NCBI GenBank assembly: GCA_963770995.1
Contig: CAVYRS010000002.1
Span: forward strand, 43,500-107,499
Length of the DNA: 64,000 bases
Direction: 5' to 3'
DNA from: an uncultured Acidobacteriota bacterium
GTDB lineage: Bacteria > Acidobacteriota > Vicinamibacteria > Vicinamibacterales > CAVVIG01
The notes under the pieces are model-generated. The model searched no databases and was not told the DNA's origin. It was given only the letters and a program-made list of their open reading frames with translations. Positions 9,374 to 18,440 of this stretch are shown here, piece after piece. The position numbers and the translations under genes are program-made. Positions within the stretch are counted from its first letter, which is position 1; the number at the start of each line of letters is the position of its first letter.

Positions 9374-9449
9374 GTACGTGGGGTCCGGCTTCAGCCGGAC
9401 CTACAGCACTCGAGCCTCGCTGGTCCGCCTGAAGGCGGACCGCACGTAC
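9374..9449. repeat. REP family 1 dimer (GTACGTGGGGTCCGGCTTCAGCCGGACC ... GGTCCGCCTGAAGGCGGACCGCACGTAC)
   Basis: Two GC-rich stem-loops in inverted orientation carry GTACGTG/CACGTAC outer termini. They lie just upstream of the GGT start. Confidence 0.9.
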
Positions 9450-9463
9450 AAAACGGAGGACTT

Positions 9464-11247
9464 ATGCGCGCTCGATGGCTCGTTGCGACCGCCGTTTTCG
9501 TCGCCCTATTGACGCCGACATCAGCGCAAAACATCAGCTGGCGTCCGACCATCGTCGCCCAGCACGGCATGGTCGCGGCGGGGCATCCGCTCGCCGCCGA
9601 AGCCGGCATGCGGATCCTCAAGGCCGGCGGCAACGCCGATCGACGCCGCGATCGCCACGTGGGCGGTGCAGGGCGAAGTCGAGCCGGGCATGACCGGCCT
9701 CGGCGCCGACATGTTCGTCCTCTATCTACAACGCGAAGACCGGCGAGGTGAAGTTCATCAACGGCACCGGCTTCGCGCCGCAGGCGGCGACGATCGACTT
9801 CTACAAGTCGAAGGGCGGCATTCCCGACGAGGGGCCGCTGTCGATCGCCGTGCCCGGCGCCGTCGGCGGCGCGGCCTACGCGCGTGAAGACGTACGGCAC
9901 CAAGCCGCTGGCCGAGGTCCTCGCGCCGGCGATCGAGATCGCCGAGCAGGGCTTCCCGATCACCGAGTCGCTCGCGCGCGGGCTCGCCGAGCGGCACGCG
10001 CCAAGCTCGCGAAGTGCCCGTCGACGACGAAGATCTGGTTCAAGGACGGCAAGCCGCTGCAGATGGGCGACATCGCTCGTCAACCCGGATCTGGCGCGCA
10101 CGCTGCGCGCGATCGCCGCGCAGGGGCCCGACGCCTTCTACAAGGGCGACATCGCGAAGAACACGGCCGCGTTCCTGAAGGCGAACGGCGGCATCATCAC
10201 CGAGGCCGACCTGCGCGAGCTATCAGCCGTTCGAGGACGCGCCGATCCACATCAACTACCGCGGCATCGACGTCTACGAGTGCCCGCCGAACTCGCAGGG
10301 CTTCGTGATGCTCGAGGCGCTCAACATCCTCGAGGGCTACGACCTGCAAGGCGATGGGGCACAACAGCGCGCCCTACCTGCACGCGATCACCGAGGCGCT
10401 GAAGCTGTCGTTCGCCGATCGCAACACGTACGTCGGCGATCCGAAGTTCGTGCCGAACATCCCGATGAAGGCGCTGCTGTCGAAGGAATACGCGGCGACG
10501 CGCCGCGCGCAGATCGATCCCAACCGCGCCATCGACGGCGAGCCGGCGCCGGGCGATCCGCGCGCATGAATCGCCACGGCGGCCGGCCGCGCAGGCGCTA
10601 CGCCGTCGCCGCAGCCGTCGCCGACGACGCGTGGCGCCGTTCGACCCGGACGAGATCCTCAACCTCACGACCTATCTCGCCGTCGTCGACAAGGATCACA
10701 ACATGGTGTCGATCACGTCGAGCCTGCTGAGCGGCTTCGGCAGCGGCATGGTCGTCGAGAACGGCGGCTTCTTCCTGAACGATCGGATGCGCTACTTCTA
10801 CCTCGATCCGAACGGACGTCAACTCGCTGCAGCCGGGCAAGCGCGTGCGCCAGACGATCAATCCGGCGATGGCGCTGCAAGGACGGCAAGCCGTGGCTCG
10901 CGTTCGGCACGCCGGGCGCCGACACGCAGCCGCAGACGCAGCTGCAGTTCTTCCTGAACGTCGCCGAGTTCGGGATGCACGTGCAGCAGGCGCTCGAGCA
11001 GCCGACGGTGATCAGCAACAGCTTCCGCGATTCGTACTCAGCCGCACGACGTGCAAGGGCAAGCTGCTGACGCCGGCGATGCTGCCGCAAGCGGTCCGCG
11101 ACGCGCTCGCGGCGAAGGGGCACAAGCTCGACATCCGCAACGTGCAAGGGCGTCGGCTCGGTGAAGGCGATCCTGATCGACCCGCGCACCGGCGTGCTGA
11201 TGGGCGGCGTCAGCCCGACCGGCGACAGCTACGTGATGGCCTGGTGA
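9464..11247 (+). pseudogene. ggt: Gamma-glutamyltranspeptidase with at least 12 frame switches
   Basis: ATG at 9464 follows ggagga. Recognisable colinear GGT segments jump between frames: MVAAGHPLAAEAGMRILKAGGNA / EVEPGMTGLGADMFVLY / KFINGTGFAPQAAT...AVPGAVGG / YGTKPLAEVLAPAIEIAEQGFPI / LVNPDLARTLRAIAAQGPDAFYKGDIA / [28 protein letters not shown] / [25 protein letters not shown] / [21 protein letters not shown] / LAFGTPGADTQPQT / ILIDPRTGVLMGGVSPTGDSYVMAW. Confidence 0.85.
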
Positions 11248-11256
11248 AGATCCGAC

Positions 11257-11357
11257 ATGGCTAATGGCTGAATGGCTAAGGGCTAAGGGTCAAGGGCTAA
11301 GCGTCGGGGTTGAACCCAATGGTTAGCCATTCCGTAAGCCATTAGCCATCAGCCATG
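11257..11357. repeat. Word hairpin, ggctaag vocabulary
   Basis: The sequence is atggctaatggctgaatggctaagggctaagggtcaagggctaag-loop(gggttgaaccc)-ggttagccattccgtaagccattagccatcagccat. It lies between convergent stops. Confidence 0.85.
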
Positions 11358-11364
11358 ACGAAGT

Positions 11365-12072
11365 TCACTTGATCGACGGATGCACGTAGCCGGCCGCGAG
11401 CACGCGCGCCGAGGGCCGGAAGCTCAGATAGTCCACGTGATCGGCGATGTCGGTCCACCCGTGCGGAACGCCCGCCGGGATGATGATGATGTCGCCGGTC
11501 TTGACGACTTTCTTGACGACGTCGGCGCCGACGATCATGCCGCTGCAGGACGGCCCGTTCAGTTCCTTCGTGACCGCGCCTTCGGGCGCCGACTTATTGC
11601 CATTGACGATCTTCCCGCCGGTCACGAGCGTCCCACCGCCGGAGATGATCAGATAGCCTTCGGTTTGGGAGTCGTGCGCGATGCCGCCCGGTTGGCCGCC
11701 GGCGGGGGGTGGCGTGACCCGCTCACCGCACGGCTCCGGAGGCGGTCCGCCCGCACGCGCGCCGCCCGCGCCGGCCCCTGCGCCCGCGCCCGCACCTGCT
11801 CCACGGCCGGCGCCGCCCGCTGCCGCCGCGCCGCCGCCCGCACCGGCGCCGGTCCCGCGCGCCGCGCCACTGGCGCCTCGATGCACGACGCCAACGGCGA
11901 AGTTCTGGTCGCCGATGTCGACCACGCGGATTTGGCGATCGACGCCTGGCGTCGCGTTCACCTTCTTCACCTCTTCGTCGGTGATGTAGGTGGCCGCCGT
12001 CGGTTTCTGCGCGGAGACGACCGCGGGCAGCGCGCAGGCCGCGGCAAGAACATAGAGAGCTGTCCTTCGCAT
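11365..12072 (-). CDS. Secreted cupin-domain protein with an internal Gly/Ala-rich low-complexity insert
   Basis: ATG at 12072 gives the signal peptide MRRTALYVLAAACALPAVVSAQ. The C-terminal cupin motif is GDIIIIPAGVPHGW. The central stretch is GAGAGGGAAAAGGAGRGAGAGAGAGAGAGG. Confidence 0.75.
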   Translation of the reverse strand: MRRTALYVLAAACALPAVVSAQKPTAATYITDEEVKKVNATPGVDRQIRVVDIGDQNFAVGVVHRGASGAARGTGAGAGGGAAAAGGAGRGAGAGAGAGAGAGGARAGGPPPEPCGERVTPPPAGGQPGGIAHDSQTEGYLIISGGGTLVTGGKIVNGNKSAPEGAVTKELNGPSCSGMIVGADVVKKVVKTGDIIIIPAGVPHGWTDIADHVDYLSFRPSARVLAAGYVHPSIK

Positions 12073-12115
12073 GAGCTCCTCCTCGAATCGCGTACTATAC
12101 CGCCTACACTCCGAA

Positions 12116-12532
12116 ATGCGACCGATATCCGCGTCCGCGATGTGCGCGGCATTGATCATACTGACCGGCTGCCGATCGCGTCCGGAACCGCCGGCGCGAG
12201 CCGTCGACGTGTGGCAGCAGGTCGGCGCGTGGAAGGGTCGCGGCTTCATGCAGACCGAAACGTTCACCGGCGACACCGGCGCGTTCCGCATCACCTGGGA
12301 GACGCGCAACGAAACGGCGCCCGGCGCCGGCCGGCTCCACGCCGTGTTTCGCAGCGGCGACAGCGGACGCGAGATCATGGACGCCGTGAAGACCGAAGGC
12401 ACCGGTCGAGGCGTCGAGCACGTCTCGGCCGAGCGCCCGCGGTGGTACTACCTCTCGATTGAGTCGGCGAACGTCGACTGGTCGATCACCGTGGAGGAGC
12501 AGATTCCGGGACAAACATCAGGCCGCCAATGA
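12116..12532 (+). CDS. Small lipoprotein of unknown function
   Basis: ATG at 12116 gives MRPISASAMCAALIILTGC with a lipobox. The stop overlaps the kinase start (ATGA at 12529-12532). Confidence 0.6.
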   Translation: MRPISASAMCAALIILTGCRSRPEPPARAVDVWQQVGAWKGRGFMQTETFTGDTGAFRITWETRNETAPGAGRLHAVFRSGDSGREIMDAVKTEGTGRGVEHVSAERPRWYYLSIESANVDWSITVEEQIPGQTSGRQ

Positions 12533-15504
12533 TCGGTGAAACGATCGGCCAGTACCGCATCGTCGAACGCCTGGGCGAAGGCGGCATGGGCGAGGTCTAT
12601 CTCGCCGACGATCTGAAACTGCGCCGCAAGGTCGCGCTCAAACTCATCGCGCCGCACCTGACCCGCGACGCCGCGCGCCGGCAGCGCTTCGTGCAGGAGG
12701 CACTGCTCGCCGCCTCGATCGATCATCCGCACATCGCTGCGATCTACGACGTCGATCAGGCAGGCGACCGCACCTACATCGCGATGGAGTACGTCCGCGG
12801 GGAGACGCTCCGGCAGAAGCTGCGCGCCGGCCCGCTCAAGCCACGCCGCGCCGTCGAGCTCGCCGTCGAGATCGCGGATGCGTTCGCGAAAGTCCACGAA
12901 CGCGGCGTCATCCATCGCGACCTCAAGCCCGAGAATGTCATCGTGTCCGAGGACGGCTACGCCAAGGTCATCGACTTCGGGCTCGCCAAGCTCACTGAAC
13001 CGGTCGCGCTGGACGAGAAGAGCCAGGGTCTCACGACCGCCGACGCGCAGGTGCAGACCGCGGACGGCCTCGTACTGGGCACGGTCGCGTACATGTCTCC
13101 CGAGCAAGCGCGCGGCGAGACGGTAGACGCGCGCAGCGATGTGTTTTCGTTCGGCGCGCTGCTGCACGAGCTGCTGACCGGGTCGGCGCCGTTTCGGCGC
13201 AAGAGCGCAGCCGAAACGCTCAGCGCGATTCTCACCGACGCCACGCCGCCGCTCCGCATCGACGAGAGCGGGCCGTCGACCGACCTCGCCCGCATTGTTC
13301 GCAAGTGCCTGATGAAGGATCCCGCGGCCCGGTATCAGACAATGCGGGATCTAGTAGTCGACGTGCGGGATGTGCGCGAGGGATTGAGTTCGAGTTCGCG
13401 ATCTGTCGAGATCCCCGCTGCGACACCGGCGGGCCGCGCACGTTGGAAGACTGCGGCTGCGGTTGCCGTGCTCGTCCTCAGCGCGACTGCGGGTTTGGGT
13501 TGGTGGTTGGTGCAGCGTCGCACCACCAGCGCTCTTCCACCGCCGTCGACTTCGTCCGGGCGCCCCGTTGTCGCCGTCATGAACTTCGAGAACCTTGCGG
13601 CGAGTCCGGACATCGCCTGGCTGTCGAGGGGGCTGCCGTCGATGCTGGTCACCGGCCTCGCGCAAACACCCGACCTCGAAGTCGTGAGCGCGGAACGGCT
13701 CAACGACGCCGCGCGGCAGCTCGGCAAGGATCTGGACGCGATCGAACGTTCGAAATACGCGCAGGTGGCGCAGCGCGCCGGCGCCGGAATCCTGGTCAGC
13801 GGCACCATCGTCCGCGGCGGCAACGACTATCGGATCGATGCGCGAGTTGAAGACGTGAAGGCGGGACGCGTCGTTTTTGCCGGCAGCGTGCGCGGGGTCG
13901 ATGTGCTGACGCTGGCCGACGATCTGTCGGCGCGCATCCGTCAGGGACTCGACGTTCGCACGACGGCCCAGGTGCACAAGGTGGCCGACGTCTCCTCGCC
14001 CTCGGTCGAGGCGTACCGAATCTATTCCGAGGGCATCGAGGCCTTCCATAATGCTCGATTCGACGATGCGCGGAAGCTGTTCGCGCGGGCGGTGACGATC
14101 GACCCGGCGTTCAGCCGCGCCCATGTTGAGTTGGCTCGCCTGGCCCAACTCGACGGCGACGTGGCGCTGCAGCGTCAGCATCTGAGCCACGCCTCGGAGC
14201 ATGGTACGCGTCTCCCTGAACGCGATGCGCTCATGCTTCGAGCCGATCTGGCCGCGATCGACGGCCGGTTCGACGAGTCGGCGCGCGCGTACCAGAACGT
14301 GCTCGATCGCTATCCCGACGCTGAAACGGCATACCTCAGCCTGATCTTGATTCATCAGCCCCTGATTGGCCCGCTGCCCGACACGCGCAGGATGGCCGAG
14401 GTTTCTGCTCGCGGCGTTCAGCAGCTGCCGACCTCGCCTGGACTGCAGAACATGAACGGCTACTCGCAGCTGGCCGCGGGACGCTTCGACGAAGCGATCG
14501 CAACCTTTCAGAACTACATACGGCTGCGGCCCAACGAAGCGAACGCGCCCGATAGTCTCGCCGACGCCTACCTTTACTCGGGAGACGCCGCCAAGGCCAT
14601 CGAGTTCTTCACGCAGGCGGTCGTCGCCGGCCGGAACTCGTCGAAGTCTGGGCGCGCGTGGGCATATGCGATTGTCGGTCGGTACAATGAGGCGCTCCAG
14701 GACTGGTCGCCTGGCTTCGCCAAAGCCTTCGCGCTCTCACGGATCGGCCGCTTCAAGGAGGCAGGGGCGATGATCCAGGAACTGCGGCATCAGGGCAGCG
14801 GACGCAATGTCGAGTTCACTGCAGCGCTCCTTCTCCTCGAGGGTCAGATCGCCCTCGACCGCGGCGAGTGCCCGACGACCCTGCGCCAGGTCGACGCCGC
14901 GCGCGCTGTGATTGCCGCTGCATCGCCGTGGATCGCGCGCCGCTGGCTCACCCTGGCCGATCATCTCGGCGGCGTGTGCGAGGCGCGCTCGGGACGGGTC
15001 GATCGCGCCCGGGCACGCCTCGATCGGATGCAACGGGAGCATCAGGAGGCCGCCGCGGCGGAGCGATGGTGGATGCACGCACTCGCCGGTGAGGTCGCGC
15101 TGGCCACGGGCAAGCCAGCGGATGCCGCGGCCGCCTTTGCGGCCGGCGAGCCGCCAGGCAAGATGCCGACCATCCGCGTGGCAAACGGTCTGACGCTCAC
15201 GGTCTTCGCGAACAGTCAGTCGATCCGCGATGGCCGCGCTCGAGCACTGGCCGCCCAAGGAAAGGACGCCGAGGCAATTCAGCTGTATCGGGATCTGCTG
15301 ACGCCAAGCCGCGCCAACAAGTGGACCGCCATGCTCGAACCGCGCTACGTGCTCGCGCTGGCGACGTTGCTGGAGAAGACCGGTCAGCGCGATGTCGCGC
15401 GCGTCGAATACCAGCGGTTCCTCGATCTGTGGAAGAACGCCGACGCCGGCCTGCCGGAAGTTACCGAGGCACGGCGTGCGATCGGCTCGCGCTCCGCGCC
15501 ATAG
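12529..15504 (+). CDS. Ser/Thr protein kinase with one TM segment, a periplasmic domain and C-terminal TPR repeats
   Basis: A 991-aa intact ORF with Hanks kinase motifs GEGGMGEVYLA, VALK, HRDLKPENV, DFGLAK and GTVAYMSPEQ. A TM segment (AAAVAVLVLSATAGLGWWLV) and TPR-like repeats follow. Confidence 0.9.
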   Translation: MIGETIGQYRIVERLGEGGMGEVYLADDLKLRRKVALKLIAPHLTRDAARRQRFVQEALLAASIDHPHIAAIYDVDQAGDRTYIAMEYVRGETLRQKLRAGPLKPRRAVELAVEIADAFAKVHERGVIHRDLKPENVIVSEDGYAKVIDFGLAKLTEPVALDEKSQGLTTADAQVQTADGLVLGTVAYMSPEQARGETVDARSDVFSFGALLHELLTGSAPFRRKSAAETLSAILTDATPPLRIDESGPSTDLARIVRKCLMKDPAARYQTMRDLVVDVRDVREGLSSSSRSVEIPAATPAGRARWKTAAAVAVLVLSATAGLGWWLVQRRTTSALPPPSTSSGRPVVAVMNFENLAASPDIAWLSRGLPSMLVTGLAQTPDLEVVSAERLNDAARQLGKDLDAIERSKYAQVAQRAGAGILVSGTIVRGGNDYRIDARVEDVKAGRVVFAGSVRGVDVLTLADDLSARIRQGLDVRTTAQVHKVADVSSPSVEAYRIYSEGIEAFHNARFDDARKLFARAVTIDPAFSRAHVELARLAQLDGDVALQRQHLSHASEHGTRLPERDALMLRADLAAIDGRFDESARAYQNVLDRYPDAETAYLSLILIHQPLIGPLPDTRRMAEVSARGVQQLPTSPGLQNMNGYSQLAAGRFDEAIATFQNYIRLRPNEANAPDSLADAYLYSGDAAKAIEFFTQAVVAGRNSSKSGRAWAYAIVGRYNEALQDWSPGFAKAFALSRIGRFKEAGAMIQELRHQGSGRNVEFTAALLLLEGQIALDRGECPTTLRQVDAARAVIAAASPWIARRWLTLADHLGGVCEARSGRVDRARARLDRMQREHQEAAAAERWWMHALAGEVALATGKPADAAAAFAAGEPPGKMPTIRVANGLTLTVFANSQSIRDGRARALAAQGKDAEAIQLYRDLLTPSRANKWTAMLEPRYVLALATLLEKTGQRDVARVEYQRFLDLWKNADAGLPEVTEARRAIGSRSAP

Positions 15505-17842
15505 CCAGACCGATCACCCACGCCAAGGCATAAGTCGCCGCACCCACCGTGGCGACGCGCGCGAATCCCCACGTCATCGCGATCAGGATTGCCGCGGACG
15601 CGCCGAGGATCGACGTCGCGCCGTTGACGCCCCACGCCCAGGCCAGCAGCCCCGGCCGGCTCGTGCCGAGCACCCGCACGCCAGCTGGCAGCGGCATACC
15701 GAGCAGCACACCGAGCGGGAGTAACAACGCGACCGAGAGAAGGATGCGAGCCACCCGGGATAATCCAATCCAAGCTGTGAAGAGCGACGGCAACGACCAC
15801 GAGTAGATCACGCTCGCGGCGATGATTGCCGGAATGACGAGCCCGATCGTCGTCGCCGGATTCTTCCCGATGCGGCGGCTCAGCGCGCTTCCCAGCCCGC
15901 CGCCGAGCATCAACGTGAACAGAATCACGCTGAGCGAGTACACCGGGTGGCCGAGAAACAGCACGAAGCGCTGCATCAGGCCGATCTCGATCAGCATGAA
16001 CCCCGAGCCGAGGCACGCGAAGTACGCGATCGGCGCGAGCGCGCGATCGATCCGTCCAATCGGCTCCGGCGACAGTCCGGCCAGCGGCAGCAGGATGAAG
16101 AGCGACACCAGCGCGAACGACACCAGCGATACGGTGCGCAGCGTGTCGAAACCGCCTCCGAACAGCATCGACCGATCGAGCCTGATCTTCATCTCGTCGC
16201 GGAGCCGCCTGTTCTGGAAGAAGAACGGCCGATCGTCGGTAGTCGGACTGATATCCCACGGGAACAGCCGATAGAACCGTTCCAGGTCGTTGGACGTGAT
16301 GAGCCGCGTGTACTCGTTGCGGGGTGACGGCGTCCGGTGCGACGGCGTCAGCGGCGCGTAGACGATGCCGAACTTCAAACGCTCGCACTGCTCCACCAGG
16401 CGAACGACCTCGGCGTCGGTGAGCGGCGAATTCTTGATGATGAAGGTCGCGACGCGCCCGTTGCGCGCCGCGAACACGCGGTCCTCGAGTCCCGGCCATC
16501 CGAGCCGCGCGCCGGCCGTGTGTGCGAGCGACATCAGCCGCAGGCCGTCGTCGTACCAGCGCGTGATCGTGAGCACGCCGTCCGGCTCGAGGTGGCGCAG
16601 GTATTCCTCGAACGCTTCGACGGTGTAGAGATTGTTCTCGGTCATCGCGAACGCGCCCGCCGACGTGGCGGCCCACGTGTCCACGAGCGAGGCCTGAATG
16701 ACGTCGTACCGTTCCTGCGATCGACTCACGTAGCTGCGCCCATCGTCGACGACGACGCTGACGCCTGGCGCGTGGTACACATCCCCGGAAAACGCGCGGA
16801 AGCGGTCCTTCATCACGTCGTCGACGATGATCGGGTTCACTTCGACGCCGTCCACTCGGCGTGCGCCGGCGACGATCGCCGTCCACAAATCACGTCCGCC
16901 GCCGGGGCCGATGACCAGCGCGTGCGCCTGAGGCCGTAGCGCGTAGGCAAGCCCCGTGATCTCGTACTGCAGGTACGAGAGCGGTCCGGTGACCGGTCCG
17001 CCCTCCAGAATCGGCGTCGAGGCGGACGAGTCGATGTCCATGAACAGGCTGTTCGGCTTGGCTCCCGTATAGGTCTCGCTGAGCCCCCACTCCTGATGCT
17101 CGCGGTCGTAGACAGCGATCCTCGAAAACGAATTCCATTTGCTGTACAGCGGATGCTCCGCTTCGCGCCCCTTCGCTTCGCGGATGTCGAGCCACGGCCG
17201 CCAGACCTGCACGATCAACGCGACGGCAGCAACGAGAACCGGGACCAGCCATCCCAGGCCGCGACGCCGGTCGGCCTCCGGCGCAAAGAGCCACGCGCCC
17301 AGAGCCGAGAGCCCCGCCGCAAACAGCAAGGCACCCGGGCCGCCGACGATGTTGAGGACCGGAATCAGCAGCAGACACCCGGCCGCGGCGCCAATCAGAT
17401 CGGACGCGTAAACGCGGCCGATGTCGCGGTAGAGGCGCGACACGGCCACGGCGAGCGCGGCGCCGCCGGCCAGAAACGGCAGCGCGGCGATCACGTACAC
17501 GGCGAGGAGGCGCGCCACATTCTCCGGCGAGTACTCGAGGCCAACGCGGAGGCGCAGCAGGACGAACACGGCGAAGACGGTGACGACCCAGAACAGCGTG
17601 GCGTAGCGGCGGAGGTTCGCCAGCGCGCGCTCAGGCGGATGCCAGCGCGGCGTCACGTAGACGAAGACACTGCTCGCGCTGAGGCCGAACATGGCGATCG
17701 ACACGGCCAGGAACGCGAAGTGGTAGTACATCGTGACCGAGAAGATCCGGGTCAGCGCAAGTTCCACCATCAGCACGGCGGCCGAGACGCAGCCAATGCC
17801 TGCGAGAACGGTTGGGGTCGGGCGCGCGGGATCAGGAGACAC
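15461..17842 (-). CDS. Polytopic membrane protein with central spermidine synthase-like (class I MTase fold) domain
   Basis: The core is VIGPGGGRDLWTAIVAGARRVDGVEVNPIIV...VIQASLVDTWAATSAGAFAMTENNLYTVEAF, flanked by many TM helices. The start is uncertain (GTG 17842 or ATG 17770). The ORF part above about 17860 overlaps the FKBP gene and is rejected. Confidence 0.8.
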   Translation of the reverse strand: MSPDPARPTPTVLAGIGCVSAAVLMVELALTRIFSVTMYYHFAFLAVSIAMFGLSASSVFVYVTPRWHPPERALANLRRYATLFWVVTVFAVFVLLRLRVGLEYSPENVARLLAVYVIAALPFLAGGAALAVAVSRLYRDIGRVYASDLIGAAAGCLLLIPVLNIVGGPGALLFAAGLSALGAWLFAPEADRRRGLGWLVPVLVAAVALIVQVWRPWLDIREAKGREAEHPLYSKWNSFSRIAVYDREHQEWGLSETYTGAKPNSLFMDIDSSASTPILEGGPVTGPLSYLQYEITGLAYALRPQAHALVIGPGGGRDLWTAIVAGARRVDGVEVNPIIVDDVMKDRFRAFSGDVYHAPGVSVVVDDGRSYVSRSQERYDVIQASLVDTWAATSAGAFAMTENNLYTVEAFEEYLRHLEPDGVLTITRWYDDGLRLMSLAHTAGARLGWPGLEDRVFAARNGRVATFIIKNSPLTDAEVVRLVEQCERLKFGIVYAPLTPSHRTPSPRNEYTRLITSNDLERFYRLFPWDISPTTDDRPFFFQNRRLRDEMKIRLDRSMLFGGGFDTLRTVSLVSFALVSLFILLPLAGLSPEPIGRIDRALAPIAYFACLGSGFMLIEIGLMQRFVLFLGHPVYSLSVILFTLMLGGGLGSALSRRIGKNPATTIGLVIPAIIAASVIYSWSLPSLFTAWIGLSRVARILLSVALLLPLGVLLGMPLPAGVRVLGTSRPGLLAWAWGVNGATSILGASAAILIAMTWGFARVATVGAATYALAWVIGLAMARSASRSHAVPR

Positions 17843-17875
17843 AGAGGGGCGTTGCCCGATATGATATCCGGGCTC

Positions 17876-18322
17876 ATGACATCTCCCAGACTTCTCTTCC
17901 TGACCGTTCTCCTGCTCTGCGCCGCCTGCGGCGGGAGCGATTCCAATTCGGGCTCGGTTGTCGCCCCGGGAAACAACAACAACCCGGCGACGACGTCCTT
18001 TGCGTCGGTCGATGTGACCGTCGGCACCGGCACGACGGCCAACACGGGCAATCGGGTCACGGTGAGCTACAGCGGGTTCCTGTACGACCCGTCGCAGCCC
18101 GACAGCAAAGGCCGCCAGTTCGATTCGTCGAGCGCGTTCACGTTCACCGTGGGCGTCGGCCAGGTGATTCGCGGCTGGGATCAAGGCGTGCCCGGGATGC
18201 GCGTCGGCGGCCTGCGCCGTCTGACCATCCCGCCCAGCCTCGGTTACGGGAATCAGGCCGTCGGCACGATCCCCGCCAATTCCACGCTGGTGTTCGACAT
18301 CAGGCTGATCAGCGTCGGGTAG
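17876..18322 (+). CDS. FKBP-type peptidyl-prolyl cis-trans isomerase lipoprotein
   Basis: MTSPRLLFLTVLLLCAACGG carries a lipobox. FKBP motifs are VTVSYSGFLYD, FTFTVGVGQVIRGWDQGVPGMRVGGLRRLTIPPSLGYG and STLVFDIRLISV. Confidence 0.9.
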   Translation: MTSPRLLFLTVLLLCAACGGSDSNSGSVVAPGNNNNPATTSFASVDVTVGTGTTANTGNRVTVSYSGFLYDPSQPDSKGRQFDSSSAFTFTVGVGQVIRGWDQGVPGMRVGGLRRLTIPPSLGYGNQAVGTIPANSTLVFDIRLISVG

Positions 18323-18333
18323 CTGGACCTGGC

Positions 18334-18404
18334 AAGTCTGAAGTCTGAAGTCTGAAGTCTGAAATCGGGCGTTTCACTGACTTCTGACTTCGTACTTCTG
18401 ACTT
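18334..18404. repeat. Word hairpin, gtctgaa vocabulary
   Basis: There are four tandem aagtctg units, then cactgacttctgacttcgtacttctgactt. It lies between the FKBP stop and the cytochrome start. Confidence 0.85.
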
Positions 18405-18440
18405 ATACGCCCGTGCTCCGGGTCCCGTAGAATACGATCA

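Noticed and set aside
11700-11880. The GC-rich quasi-repetitive tract might be an independent tandem-repeat locus or a plus-strand Pro/Ala-rich ORF (11681..11989).
   Set aside because: It lies in frame inside the minus-strand cupin gene, which has a proper signal peptide and cupin motif on either side. The plus-strand ORF is the antisense shadow.
18334-18404. The word repeats (here 4 x aagtctg, and the other vocabularies) might be a CRISPR or mini-CRISPR array.
   Set aside because: The units are 7-8 nt and directly tandem with no unique spacers. They are followed by their own inverted copies, and no cas genes are present. This is hairpin architecture, not a CRISPR array.
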